Shown: positions 26,691-39,121 of the stretch, piece after piece
How positions within the stretch are numbered: the first letter of the stretch is position 1
Layout: every line of letters begins with the position of its first letter
NCBI GenBank assembly: GCA_965644295.1
Contig: CBFFRP010000433.1
Span: forward strand, 62,001 to 126,000
Reading direction: 5' to 3'
DNA length: 64,000 bases
Origin: Paraphysomonas bandaiensis
Taxonomy: Eukaryota > Protista > Chrysophyceae
The notes under the pieces: model-generated
What the model saw: only the letters and a program-made list of their open reading frames with translations
The model's database searches: none
Told to the model about the DNA's origin: nothing
Position numbers and translations under genes: made by a program

Positions 26691-27159
26691 CATACATACA
26701 TACATACATACATACATACATACATACATACATACATACATACATACATACATACATACATACATACATACATACATACATACATACATACATACATACA
26801 TACATACATACATACATACATACATACATACATACATACATACATACATACATACATACATACATACATACATACATACATACATACATACATACATACA
26901 TACATACATACATACATACATACATACATACATACATACATACATACATACATACATACATACATACATACATACATACATACATACATACATACATACA
27001 TACATACATACATACATACATACATACATACATACATACATACATACATACATACATACATACATACATACATACATACATACATACATACATACATACA
27101 TACATACATACATACATACATACATACATACATACATACATACATACATACATACATAC
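26691..27159. repeat. Perfect (CATA)n microsatellite, about 117 units
   Basis: Uninterrupted CATA repeat between the divergently transcribed GT and Myb-like genes. Confidence 0.99.
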
Positions 27160-27296
27160 GGTATCTGAGTACAGCAGTATAGGTACACAGGCATCTGGTT
27201 TCTCTTTCATCTCTATTAAGATAACTTCATCTCATATACATACATATACCACACATCTACCTTAACACCCTACTCATATTCCTCATCTCATATACT

Positions 27297-29932
27297 ATGG
27301 AACATATCAATTCATCTAATACACCACCATCTATACAACATCTTCCTACATATAATGAAGATGATGTCGAATCTGATGTATTAGAATCAGATGACAATGA
27401 TGGAAACTTATCAGATTCTAATGATGAATATGATCGAAAAAATAATGTTTCTATTAATAATGATGATAAAAAACATGAGATTTCTACAGATAATAATAAA
27501 TATGATCATGATAATGATGAATATATGAGTTTTATACGTTCAGTATTTTTTGATGAGAATGATAAAAGTGGTACTGATGGTGATGAAGATGAAGATTATA
27601 ATCCTGATACTGAAATACATGTGAAAGAGGATGATATAGAGAGTGATGATGAGTATTATCATGTTACTCGTAAAGAAGTTCATGATCTGGTTGATGGAAC
27701 AGTACAGACTTTAGCCAAAAATCCTGAAAAGGCTGTTGTAGCATCTTCTACGTCGCCTAGTGAGGGAACATCTTCCCGACCAACAGAAATTGATCCTCAT
27801 CGTAGTCTGATTCACCGCAGTGGGGCTCTTGCTGGAGATGTAGACTACGCCGGGGTGGAATTGATTCAAAAGAAGAATCGCCTAATATCTGCCCTCGTCT
27901 CTAAAATGTTTGCCGGGAGTGGTGAAGAGGATATTGTTGTGGATGACATGCCGATGAATAATATCCGTAAATTGGTTGCCAGGCAAATGAGCATGGCCTT
28001 ACAATTAATGATGCAAATGCTGTTGATGAGCGATGATATGTCTGGGTGTGATAAGAAATGTTCGTCATTCTTGATGGAGCTTAGTAATATGCGTGATGGT
28101 AAGTGTCACAGAATATGTCTAATGAATATTAGTTTTATATGTCATGTTATATGAGTAAATTGTTATTGCGTTATATTTTGCTTAATGTACTGTTTATGAA
28201 TGATGTGTTCTCGACAGCTGGAGTAAGAAAGACTGCTCTTATACGACAGCACATGGAGTCTGTTCGTGCTTATAGTTCCTCGTCATCTACTACTACCACA
28301 CCTGGTGGCCCTTTGGCGTGTATGGACAGGCTTTATGATGGTAGTAGTGATGAAGATGACGGCAAACAGCCTAAGGAAATTTTAACTCGTCGTCGGGCAC
28401 TAGCGAAGCCTTCATCTTCTTCCTCTACTATATTTGATGTCCCTGTGCTGAGTAGAGTGGACGACTTACTAAAAATCATCGATGAGTGCCGAAAGGAAAA
28501 ACGACGCCTTATGAAAGAATGGTGTGATCAGCGGAATGTAATGAGCGGGTCTGCCTCGGAGGAGCAGTGTGAGAGCAGTGGTAACAAGATGGGCATGGCG
28601 TCGCATGATTATCGCTCTCGCCTACTGGAGGTGGTATCAGGTCTTCTCGAACAGCGAGTGGCACCAGAGTTTTGTGTGCGTCTATGGCGTTGCCTGGAAC
28701 CCACTGGAGACTACCCACTTTCAAGGGAGTTTGCCAGTACAGTAGACCCTACTTCACTGCACCAAAGATCTGTGTACACTCCTGCCGAGGACGATCTTCT
28801 CCTACGAGGACTGGTGATGACTTCTGCAGAAGGATACGGCGGCAATAGTAGTGGAAGTGCGGGGGGTGGAGATGCGACATGGGATGAAATACATCGACGC
28901 TATCTTCCATCAAAGGAAAAACAATCTCTTCAGTATAGGGAGCTCCAGCTAACATCTGGAGAACGGGAATCGAAATTTCAAAAGTATAGAATGTTAGAGG
29001 CTGAGAGCAAAATGCATAATCGTAAATGGACTCCCGAAGAAGAATTATCCCTACTCAAAGGGTTTCAGGTTTTTGGTAGCAAATGGCACATGGTGAAGCT
29101 GTATTTCCTTCCACATAAAACGCGCAATGAGATCAAACTGAGGTGTGTATGGAAGTGTTGCATCGATCTCATGTCATCGCCTGATCTGTTTTGTAGATGG
29201 GTATACCTTCTGAAGATGCGGGAAAAGTCATCTGAGGCGGCAATGATACCTCCAGTGCGTCACGACGGCTCTTTATCGAAGCATATAAAACATTTTCTTA
29301 CCGCTCTGCAGTCTGACACAGTACAGCAGCAGCAAAAGGCACATCAGCAGCAGTCGGCTGCTAATGTTTCAGCACCTACTCCGGTTGGCGCTGCTGCTAG
29401 AGGTGCTTCTGGGGCTGGAGTAGCAGTTGCTTCCGCAAGTTTGGGACGTTCCTGGAGTAGTCTTGATGTTAAACCTGGGGCCAGTAGAGGGCCTATTCAA
29501 CTATCTGGTAATAAACCTGTTAATGAAGGTGCACAACTATCTACCATTGCGATGGGTATAGAGTCACTTCCTGAGATGGAGCCTAAGGTATGTGTGAGTG
29601 GCGAAGAAGTTGAGGAAGACGTCATGAGTGATAGTGGTGATGGCACTCAAGTAGACGCACAGGCGCACGCCTCTGAATTAGCACCCAGTACAACAACCTC
29701 AATTATGGATCCATTAATCTCCAGTAGGTTGACCCCGAGCAAGCGTCTATGTCCTCAACCTTTAGATGGTAATTTATTAGGAGATGGTAGCTTATTAGGA
29801 GATGGCAAGCGTGTGAAGTTCGCCCCAACAGATGAATTACACACATCTGGCGGAGTAGATCAGCGGATGACCACGGAGAGTAGTTTATACGCAAGTGTAA
29901 TGAAGCAAGTGAATAGCCAAAGAAATTGGTAA
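27297..29932 (+). CDS. Myb/SANT-domain nuclear protein, GON4L/DUO3-like; multi-exon
   Basis: Acidic N-terminus with DEYMSFIRSVF, DEDEDYNP and VTRKEVHDLV (GON-4-like). Two Myb-like repeats: YTPAEDDLLLRGL...WDEIHRRYLPSK and WTPEEELSLLKGFQVFGSKWHMVKLYFLPHKTRNEIKLRW. Introns near 28099-28217 and 29143-29197. Confidence 0.78.
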
Positions 29933-30403
29933 TATTATTGCACAGACCATATACCTGAAATTGATGCGTACTGTTGGTTTTGATATTTATTGTATGATAT
30001 ATTATTTTAAACTTTTAATCGATACTATATGTGATGTCGATCGTACTGACTTAATGTAACAAAGACGGTAACATCCAACCTGTTTAGTGTAGATGTTAGT
30101 TAAGATACAAAAAAATTGAAGTACTGTATCTTAGTTCTTCAAGGGAACTACACGACTTATATGTCTGTATTTGACTGTTACATCGAATAGTATAATTACG
30201 GAACACTAATTTCATGTGAATCTTTACACTAATTTTCATAAAATAAAACACATACAGAAAGTGCGGTAGATAGTCGGAATGCTGTAGCTTCATTCTAGAC
30301 AAGGCGCATATGATATTCATTCAATTGAGGTCTTCTTATTGGTAAGCAATTAAATGCTGCATTTCTAAGTTCTTGAAGAAATGTGCTTACAGGTAGTACA
30401 ATA

Positions 30404-30502
30404 CAGGACCTGGTAACCATTAATGGTAATGGCATTAATGGCCATTATATTTTCCGGGAACTGGACTACCATTAATGGGCCATTAATTGTTACCAGGCCC
30501 TG
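30404..30502. mobile_element. 99-bp hAT-type MITE
   Basis: 23-bp TIRs CAGGACCTGGTAACCATTAATGG and CAGGGCCTGGTAACAATTAATGG (reverse complement). Flanks GTACAATA and GTATAATA (7/8 TSD). Confidence 0.88.
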
Positions 30503-30524
30503 GTATAATATAGATTCCCTGAAG

Positions 30525-30623
30525 CAGGGCTAGGAAACAATATATTGAATTGCAATATATTGTAAAATATATTGTTTGGTCGACCGGCCAAAAATTGTTT
30601 CTGTTAAAGTAGCTCACAATATT
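30525..30623. mobile_element. Left end of a CAGGGC-terminal MITE family (copy 1)
   Basis: CAGGGCTAGGAAACAATATATTGAATTGCAATATATT... is similar to 31000-31124. Confidence 0.6.
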
Positions 30624-30802
30624 ATGATAGTCATATAAGAAAAGATTCTCAACTGTAGGGTGCAAAATGGATATAAATACCCGGTAAAATAATAAAAAAG
30701 CCTATTTATGCTATTATTTTCTATTTTTTATGTATCGCCAGCTGAAACAGTACTCTACACATGTATGTCTAGTCTCCCTGAAGTAGCTTCCCTCAACAAA
30801 GG

Positions 30803-30930
30803 CGGACTCGCACCTTTTTTCGTGGTGCTATGGGGGATAAGTACAGGAAATATTTCTCTGGAAAACTAACGTGAGTCGCAAATATAGTCATCAGGTATAT
30901 AGCCAAATATAAACAGGTGCAAGGGACACT
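30803..30930 (-). mobile_element. Second copy of the SINE-like head module
   Basis: Shares CGGACTCGCACC..TTTCGTGGTG..GGGGATAAGTAC..ATAGCCAAA..GGT[AG]CAAGGGACACT with 43221-43318 and carries an insertion of about 30 bp. Confidence 0.65.
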
Positions 30931-30999
30931 TGTATAATACTAAGCTAGCAATCCATTGTAATATATCAATCACGCGAATGAATATGAACCGAGGAATGG

Positions 31000-31124
31000 C
31001 AGGGCTCGGTAAAAACAATATATTGAATAGCAATATATATTAAAATATATTGATTGGTGGTTCATCTTAAAGTATTGTATTGATTCTTAAAGTAACTCAC
31101 GATATATTCTTGTTCCCTAGTCGT
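31000..31124. mobile_element. CAGGGC-terminal MITE (copy 2) with degenerate right TIR
   Basis: Starts CAGGGCTCGGTAAAAACAATATATTGAATAGCAATATAT and ends ATATATTCTTGTTCCCTAGTCGTG, a degenerate inverse of the left end of copy 1. Confidence 0.6.
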
Positions 31125-31994
31125 GGTACCTGGTACATGCTGATTAGTATACAAGAACTAATATGAATTCGTGGGGTGTTATCCGTTATCCGAAACGGGA
31201 TCAAGGTAATGACCTCGCACTTAATCCCTTAATCCTGGAAATCAAACGGACCAAAATACAATAATAAGTAGTATTATTGGGTCAGACGAGGTCAGAGGTC
31301 AGAGAGCAACGCGTAGATTTGGATGACATGGCCTGTCCAATGGATGCAACGAGACTGTTTCATGTGAGGACTGACGAACATATAGAGGACATATTGACTA
31401 TTGACAAAACACTGAAGTGTAACATCATACGTGATGCGCAGGAAAGGATGCTATGGATTATGGATATTGGACTACGACAATATACAATGTACTTATGTTG
31501 CAAGTCATATAGAATTGGACAATACCATTTAGAGGGCATACGATTTAAGATATTCACCGATATCTCTGGATGAGGCATTTCTGCTATTATCAAAAGCACA
31601 TAGATATAATCACCACTATTTTTGATATTAATCGAGGATAAGTAAAGCACATACCATTTTAATACCATATATTTTATATATTTACTTTATGAAACAAGTG
31701 ATGAACATTATGTGTATACTGTAATACTGTTGGTACTACGTTCAGTTTATCAAAATTAAATATGAATCCTGCAGAGACAAAACAGTAATCAACGAGCAAT
31801 TCCAACCGCAGTTGCTGAATGCGGTGATATATGTCACACCAACGGCAATACTGCTGAAGCATACAATACAAGAGGAATTTCTGTCCTTCCCGATGATTTA
31901 GAGAAATATGTGTCATGCATGCGCAGACCATTCTGGCATCTAACTTTTGACCACAAACATAAAGAGAGCAACTATACACACAGACAATTAGACC

Positions 31995-33378
31995 TCACTC
32001 TGGTAGCATCTCTTCCGCTGCGACGGAAGTAAATGTCCTTGAGACTGAAAAGTCAGACGGGTGCTTGTGCTTATTAGGTAGCACCGAAAATTGCGCAGAA
32101 GTAAAGCTGTATTCCCGAAGAGTTTCCTGAACTACGGTGGGGATATCATGGAAGTTGACCTTTTCGTTGCAATCCCTCGAGTCGTAAATATGAGACTTCT
32201 GAGCATGTGCGAATAGTATATTATCTCTTGCCAATGCAATATCTATACCTAAGGGGGAGTCAGCCTCTCGTCGCATCACACTCTCCCAAGACGCCCCTAT
32301 GATGTCAAAGAATGGATGTTCTTTTAACGCTTTGTAATTTTGTTCCCCGGCCCCCAGGCGTTGGGGAATGCGTACATCAAGCAAGCCGTGTATGACGGAG
32401 ACAAACTCGTCAGAGACATGTAAACCAAATGGAGTTGATGTAGGTACTCGTATTTTTAAGGAGTCAGGAAGATCATCCACACTGGCTGAACAGCGGGTTA
32501 TGGATGCAGCCAGGGCATTATCAGATAGTGTACTGGAACTGTCAGAAGACTTGGTGTTATATGTAGCGAACTGGTCGTCGTATTTCTCATCTGTCCATAG
32601 GTCTGAATAAACCGCATCAACGAAACGTACGAACTCTTTCGGGCAGTGCTTGTGAAAAGCACGGTCAAGGAAAAGCAGCTCATACATTACAATGCCCAAA
32701 CTCCAGAAATCGCTCTCCACGCTGTGCTTGTGGGAATGGGTCAATACTTCGGGTGCCAGATAACGCAGGGTGCCACTTGACAAAGAGCAGACCATTCCAC
32801 CAGCACCACGCTCACTGGAGGAACAGCAATGAGACACACCAAAATCAGTTAGTCGTGGATATCCTTGTTTGTCTAAGACAATGTTCTCGGGTTTCACATC
32901 TACACGCAAGACACGTTTTTAGAAAAATGATGAGCAATAGAATCGTCAACAAACCTCTATGAATTACACCACGGCGATGAATATGGTGCAACGCCGATGC
33001 CATGCAGGAGGCGATAAATGCTACTTTTTGCTCAGTGAAATGTACACGAGAGGCTACATGATATCGTAAGTCACCACCTTCTAAGAGGTCCATCACTAAG
33101 TAACAATGCGTATAATCATGAAATGCAAAATGTAAATTAGAAATAAATGGATGATATGTTGATCGTTTTAATGCCATTAATTCTCCACGTAAAATATTTG
33201 CCCCTCCTGTTCTTGCTAAACATTTACTTATATTGATAATCTTTGATGCAAACTCTGAATTGTCTGGTATATATATGGTTTTTTTAATAGTAGCAAATCC
33301 ACCTTGTCCAATAACTGCTCCCATAACAAAATTAGCATTACGAGCAGCTTTAAAATGTTTTGATGCACCACACCCCAT
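31995..33378 (-). CDS. AGC-group Ser/Thr protein kinase (STK32/YANK-like) with N-terminal acylation motif; exons 33378-32955 and 32899-31995
   Basis: MGCGASK start; IGQGGFA, FASK, HPFISNLHFAF, LVMDLLEGGDLRYH. HRDVKPEN is reconstituted across a 55-nt intron; LTDFG, GTLRYLAPE, DFWSLG, RLG, LKEHPFF follow. Confidence 0.95.
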
Positions 33379-34067
33379 TGTCTAATCAGTAGATATGGTC
33401 TAGTAATATGAAACGATGTCTATTTATATATGAATCATAAAAGATATTATCATCCCATCCAATGAATATAGTCACGTAATACAACACAGTGACTTGATCT
33501 AATGGAATAACTTTATAATGTCTATATATGTGTATAGTAACCCAAATGGATGTGTATATATATGAGTGTAGAGTATGAAGATTATCGAATTCAACCAAAT
33601 TTCTATCCGACTTCATCCAAAAACATACACTCCATTGAGGTATTTGATTTGGTTATGCTGACGTTTTCCCTTCCAACCCTTCTCATAATATATCTATGAA
33701 TAAACTGCTGATGATGATGTTGTGAAATAGATTTTCTAAAATAGATGTGTGGTGGTGTGTAAATCTCTGCTGATGATGGTGTCGTGTGACATGACCTACT
33801 GACTTTTTGGTGTCTGGATTTCAAATATCCCTAAGATTTATATAAAAACAATGTCTGAAAATCAAAATCTCTGCTTTTCCTGAATTTTTTCTAATGTGTG
33901 TGCTCTGTACGTGACGGTGTATGTATTTATGTGAGGAAATTTCTTTTTTTTTGTCTTGTCCCATAAGGATATATGATGTACAGGATATGAACTCACCTCA
34001 TTATTTTGCAGTGTATTAACACTCTATCAGTCTCATAATATGATATGTTCTTCCTCTCATCATCTCT

Positions 34068-34640
34068 ATGATCCCACCTACAGCTGTCCTTCCTGTGAGA
34101 AAAACTTGTAAGAGATTTCACGATATTGCTGCTGCGATGAATTTACAGTCACTTGTACATCAATGTTGTACTGATATTTTTGGGAATTGTAAGAGATGTG
34201 GACCAGACGCTGATAAGAGGAGAATACAGGCACGTGCAAGTCACTATTGTATGACAAACTCAATGGTCTCAAGGGCTCTGTCTATGGGCATGCCACATGT
34301 CGAGCAAATGAATGCATGTGCACTCCACGGCAGACTACAGCGAATGATACACGTACACAACACATACAGGACCCCACATACATATAGGGTGAAAGATGTG
34401 CGCATGAATCTACAGAAAATGCTGCTAGAAGCAAGTGGACGCTTGGAGGTACTTCAGTGGCTTCGTTCACAGAACCCTCCATGTCCCTGGGGTAAGCGGA
34501 CTTGTTTTGCTGCTGCTGAGGGTGGACACTTGGAGGTACTTCAGTGACTTTTTTCAAAGGACCGTCAATTTCCCTGTGATGAATGGACTTGCACTGATGC
34601 TGCTATGGGTGGACACTTGGATATATGTAAACGGCTTCGA
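34068..34640 (+). pseudogene. F-box-like plus ankyrin-repeat protein, apparently disrupted
   Basis: LPVRKTCKRFHD (F-box-like end), then GRLEVLQWLRSQNPPCPWGKRTCFAAAEGGHLEVLQ-stop, then PCDEWTCTDAAMGGHLDI in the downstream sequence. TGA replaces the conserved Trp codon at 34545-34547. Confidence 0.7.
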
Positions 34641-34756
34641 ATAGAGAAATGATGTCAAGATCTGAAATTGTAATATATTTTGATTTAACATTTTAGCAGG
34701 TTAAATGTAATTTACTGAACTCTGAACTAAAATCAATATTTAATTCATTTAAATTT

Positions 34757-35003
34757 TGATAAACACACCTTATCACTCCTTGTCATTCACCTAATCTATA
34801 TCATCTCTACTACCAACCATATTATCAAGAATTAGGTAGACAAGACCAGATACAGGCATAGTATTATATGAACGAATGATATAATAGTATATATATGAGT
34901 GAAAGTGTATATGTAACCACTACTGTATTCTTACAGTAACGGTTGTAATTCAAATACTTTAAAATACAGCTTTTAATTACTTACAAATGTGCACAACTTA
35001 ACA
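34757..35003 (-). repeat. Putative 3' LTR of a second copia-like element relic (internal remnant to about 35650)
   Basis: On the minus strand CATTGAGAGGGAG|TGTTAA closely mirrors the PPT/LTR junction of the first element (CATTGAGGAGGAG|TGTT). Candidate end ...TTATCA at 34757. No second LTR or pol is seen. Confidence 0.55.
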
Positions 35004-36245
35004 CTCCCTCTCAATGCACAGATGTGCATATATGCCTAATTCCGAGAGCGTGCCCTACTAAAGTGCTAGTGTTGATTAAGCTAATAACGTATAGATGGTT
35101 AATAAATTCTCAGCGTATTCTTTGTGTGTCGCCACCAAGCGAGCTCTTGGGATAGCCTATATGGGATTACGAGAAACCCCGCGCATTCTAGGGGGAAATG
35201 GGGGCCGGCCAATGTCACGCTAGGCCTATACTGAGTCATGCATGGTCACGAGAAGCTCTGCGTAATCTTTGTTAGGTAATGGGAAGGTACACATGGTCCT
35301 ACAGAATCTGCGCGAAGTACATATATAAAAGTCATGCAAAGTTGTGAGAAATCTCGCGTAATCTTAGGAAAGGTGGAGGGGCGGTAGGCTACGTTGGTAC
35401 ACGGGTAGGCGGGTGGTAGAATTGGTGCTACATCTCAGTGTTATAGTTTGTGTTATAGGTGGTATACCAGCGAGCCTACACTATGGTCACGCTTTCGGAA
35501 TGGAATGGTTCATTGCAGTCGAGGCATGTGTCATGGTAACAATGACAGTAGATAATGTTGACATACTCCATTTCAATGATAGTGTGTATGTCTCTGATTG
35601 TATTAGTGTCTGTCATCATGAGTTAGTTGTGTTCTAATGTTGCTATTGATGTCATGTATATCTACAGGCAAACATGCATCTAGACATGATACGCACACAG
35701 AGATATATATCGTAGTTAAGTTTCTTCTTTAAAAAGCAAACCCTAAAAAACCTGTTTTTACACTCAAAGTAATCCAATTTTCTTCATTTATTTACACTTT
35801 TCATAAAGTAAAACACTTAAAAACTATACATTTTGCATTATTTAAACAACTTTGAAACAAAAAACGATACTTTTATACATTTTTTTGTCCTATTGTACAA
35901 TCGTGTCTGTATATTATGCAGTAACTCTACCTGTATTGATCGTATTGTCATCCTTTGTATATTTTTGTTCTAAGATGCCTCTAATATTGAGACAACAATT
36001 ATCTGTATTCCAGCCGTAGTTGTTATTCACTAATATAGACGATTTTTGATTCAATTTATTCCCGAATGTATTCAATGTATTGAGGCAGTTGGGATCCGTA
36101 GGGTATCCCCAGAGGCCGGTAGGTACAGCCAGGCAGTAGATGGTCCGACAGCAGTCTAGAATATATTAGTATTAATGTCATATATGAATAAATATGTATT
36201 AAGAATCTATGTGCTGTTGTTTCTAAGTGTTACTTGTATTGCAGT

Positions 36246-37173
36246 ATGATCTGCCGATTAATGATTATTGCTTCAATTGCATTTTTATTCTTAGCTGAAG
36301 CAGTTACAGCTAATAATGCTGCTGGTGAAGTCCACCATATATATAATGAATCACTTCATCATAATGGAATGTTACGCGGATCTATTTCATCTGCAAATTC
36401 CAATGAAGAAAAATCAACTGTCACAAATACATTGAATCTGTTTAGTACGATAAGACATAGCCGTGTATTTATCGCCAGCAAAAGCCAGTCTACAACAGAA
36501 ACTCAGGTATGACTTCTTATATGAATATGTTCGCAGTTTACTGATAACCTTTAGATTGTGGAACTTACTCTGTTTTTTTTTGTTGTTGTTTTATCGTTTG
36601 GCATTGTTGTCGGTAAGTGCTGCTCTGTCGATTGTATAAATCCATCACGATAATGTAGGTTGTGTGCTATGTGCGATTCCACACTTCCCTCCTCTAAAAA
36701 AATTAGTAGCTTCGTTATTTGTTGATAGTGCCGCCGAGGTAGGCCAGAGTGCGCGCATTTAGTTCATGTTTCTGAGTTCTGTCTCCAGCAGGATATTTCC
36801 GGCCATTCTAGTCATGACCTCCTTCCTCGAAGTACGAAACAGAGTCAGATCCCGACACATCATAGTCATGATACTCCTACTAGATCAGGTAAGATAATCA
36901 TAACGCTTATCCAGTAATAATATTGGGGTAGTCCCAGAAATTGCGCTTCGGCCTCGCCCGTTGCAGCCGCCCACCCAGAGTCCAGTAGCTCCACAATCTT
37001 CTACGCTACTGGCGGTACCCGCAGAGAAGCTTAGGATGCAGCTCCCTAAGCCTGGCTCACAGCCCATTCAAAAGTACCCGACATCAGGTGTGTGATGCCT
37101 GACCCATTCTGCTGATGTGGTAACCGGTGTGCATATAGGACTTCAAATAAAAAAGAAGTCTAGAGCAAAATAA
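36246..37173 (+). CDS. Small single-pass membrane protein (signal peptide, TM, Pro-rich tail), multi-exon
   Basis: MICRLMIIASIAFLFLAEAVTA signal-like start; GT-AG introns; hydrophobic exon IVELTLFFFVVVLSFGIVV; Pro-rich exon 36930-37088. The exon chain is approximate. Confidence 0.5.
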
Positions 37174-38512
37174 TATCGCACTTCTGTGTTTTATTATTGC
37201 AGACTAGATTTTATGTGTTGCGTCTAGTTGGTGGATAGCATACATTAGTTATTATCGCGTTACTCCTACACGGCACTTGTAACAAATGTGTATCGTTAAT
37301 ATCCCACACTCTCAAGTTTTTTTATTTTCTAACTCGCTATAATTCAGAATGTTGTGGTATCGATATTATTGAATGTTCTGTAATTATGTAGTGACTTGTA
37401 GAGATAAAGGAATGATTGTTGGTGCTAACTAACCCAATGTATTTATATTTAACCATGACTTTAAGGGTTCACAATTTTGATTACGAAAGCCCGAGTTTTA
37501 TAGTTCAAACCGGGAACGTTACTCCTAGGCTAAGTTGTCGCTTATCGTCATGATGTTGAAAACCTAATATATCAAGAACCTATGGCTCTTTTAGCTTACT
37601 TACTGTAAAAGGGTACAGCTGTTCTCCGTGAATGGTGTATTAAAAACTAATGAAATATCAAGTATTGTTTCAATCAATGATATCTACGTATCTACAATCT
37701 ACATCAGGGTGTGGCAGCTATGCTAAAGCAATAAATAATAGCTGAAACAACTATCCCCTTATACCGCAAGAAAAGGACTTGTCGAAGCAATTCTGATGAA
37801 CAAGTTGAATAGCACCGCACTTAATCTCTTTCAGCTCTAATTGTGACATATAAATTCTGCAGCAAATACTTGAAGTGCTGTTGCAAAGTTCTAGTTGCAA
37901 AAATAGATCATCAATTACAGTGACAGCAGAATACATTACCATGAAGAGTTCAATAATATGTTTTTGAAAGTTGTAACGTAATATTGAATTACTTTTAAAT
38001 GACTGTCAATATTATAATTCTGGTTCTATTCATTAATTCATTCAAATATTCTCATATTAGTAGTACAAATAGTATGAACGTTGTGTTGAGTACATTTCAG
38101 GTTAAAAATAATTTCTGATACAATGGGGAGATCAGTAATATCTATGGAGTATTTCAAACTTTAACTCAAGTTTGGATTGCACAGAACTAGCAATACACAC
38201 ACATCACGACGACAATATATATGCGAACTCTACTAGAACATTTTCTAAAGATGACAATTATAATACAAGTGCTGTTGTTCTGTGACAAGAGTGCTTATTG
38301 ACCGTGAATGAGAACTATGGTGGTACGTACTCTTAGTACGTAGATTTATCTTAAGTTTGTAATGATTAACTTAAGTAGTACATTAGTGTAAAAGCACATG
38401 CATTAACTGTTTTTAAGCGGTTTTGGCGGAATATCACCAAACTCATCTAAATATATTTGGCAATCAGTTTTGATTTTCACATTACTGCTGATGGTTGCAC
38501 TACCTCTATGGA

Positions 38513-39121
38513 CAGGCTTGAGCTACAATTATTATTTTAATTTATTGGCAATAATTTAAATTTACTTATTATTGTTGGTAAATGTTGCCAGGCTTAATTC
38601 TTTATAGCATCTTAAATTGTATAGCTACTGATCATAACCCATTATCTGTTAGCATAGAAGCTTAGATGTATGTGCACTGCCACTTTAGCATTTCCTTGGT
38701 AATAATTGTTTGTGACAGTATAAAGGTCAGTATACACTTTAATCTCAGCATTCAGGAGAAATGAGAAATATAACATGTTCGTTAGTAAAGAACAAACTGA
38801 GCACCTCCACGACGATCTTCGCGATACAGAGCATAAGGTATATTCAAGAGCTTTGAAATATTCAAGTATAGTTGTTTAGCAGAGCTAAGATTGTTATGAC
38901 TGATTTTTGCATGCGAATGACACCTAGACACCTTGAAATGTTGATGTTTCTTGTGTGCTAATTGGAATCTTTGGGAGATTATAGTTCAGAAAGTTATTCT
39001 AAAATCTAGCAACAGAGTTGAAGGCAATTAATTGCAATGCCAATAATTAGATGCTTGATTAATATTTGCTATTATTGTTGTTGGATATCTGTTACCGATT
39101 AATTGTTACTAAGTAAGCCTG
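38513..39121 (+). mobile_element. Old hAT-type element with transposase remnant
   Basis: Ends CAGGCTT..ACAATTA and TAATTGT..AAGCCTG; flanks TCTATGGA and TCTATCTG. Internal 38870-38960 reads LFSRAKIVMTDFCMRMTPRHLEMLMFL. Confidence 0.6.

Noticed and set aside
26589-27265. Six ORFs of MYVC/YIHT repeats
   Set aside because: Translations of the CATA microsatellite.
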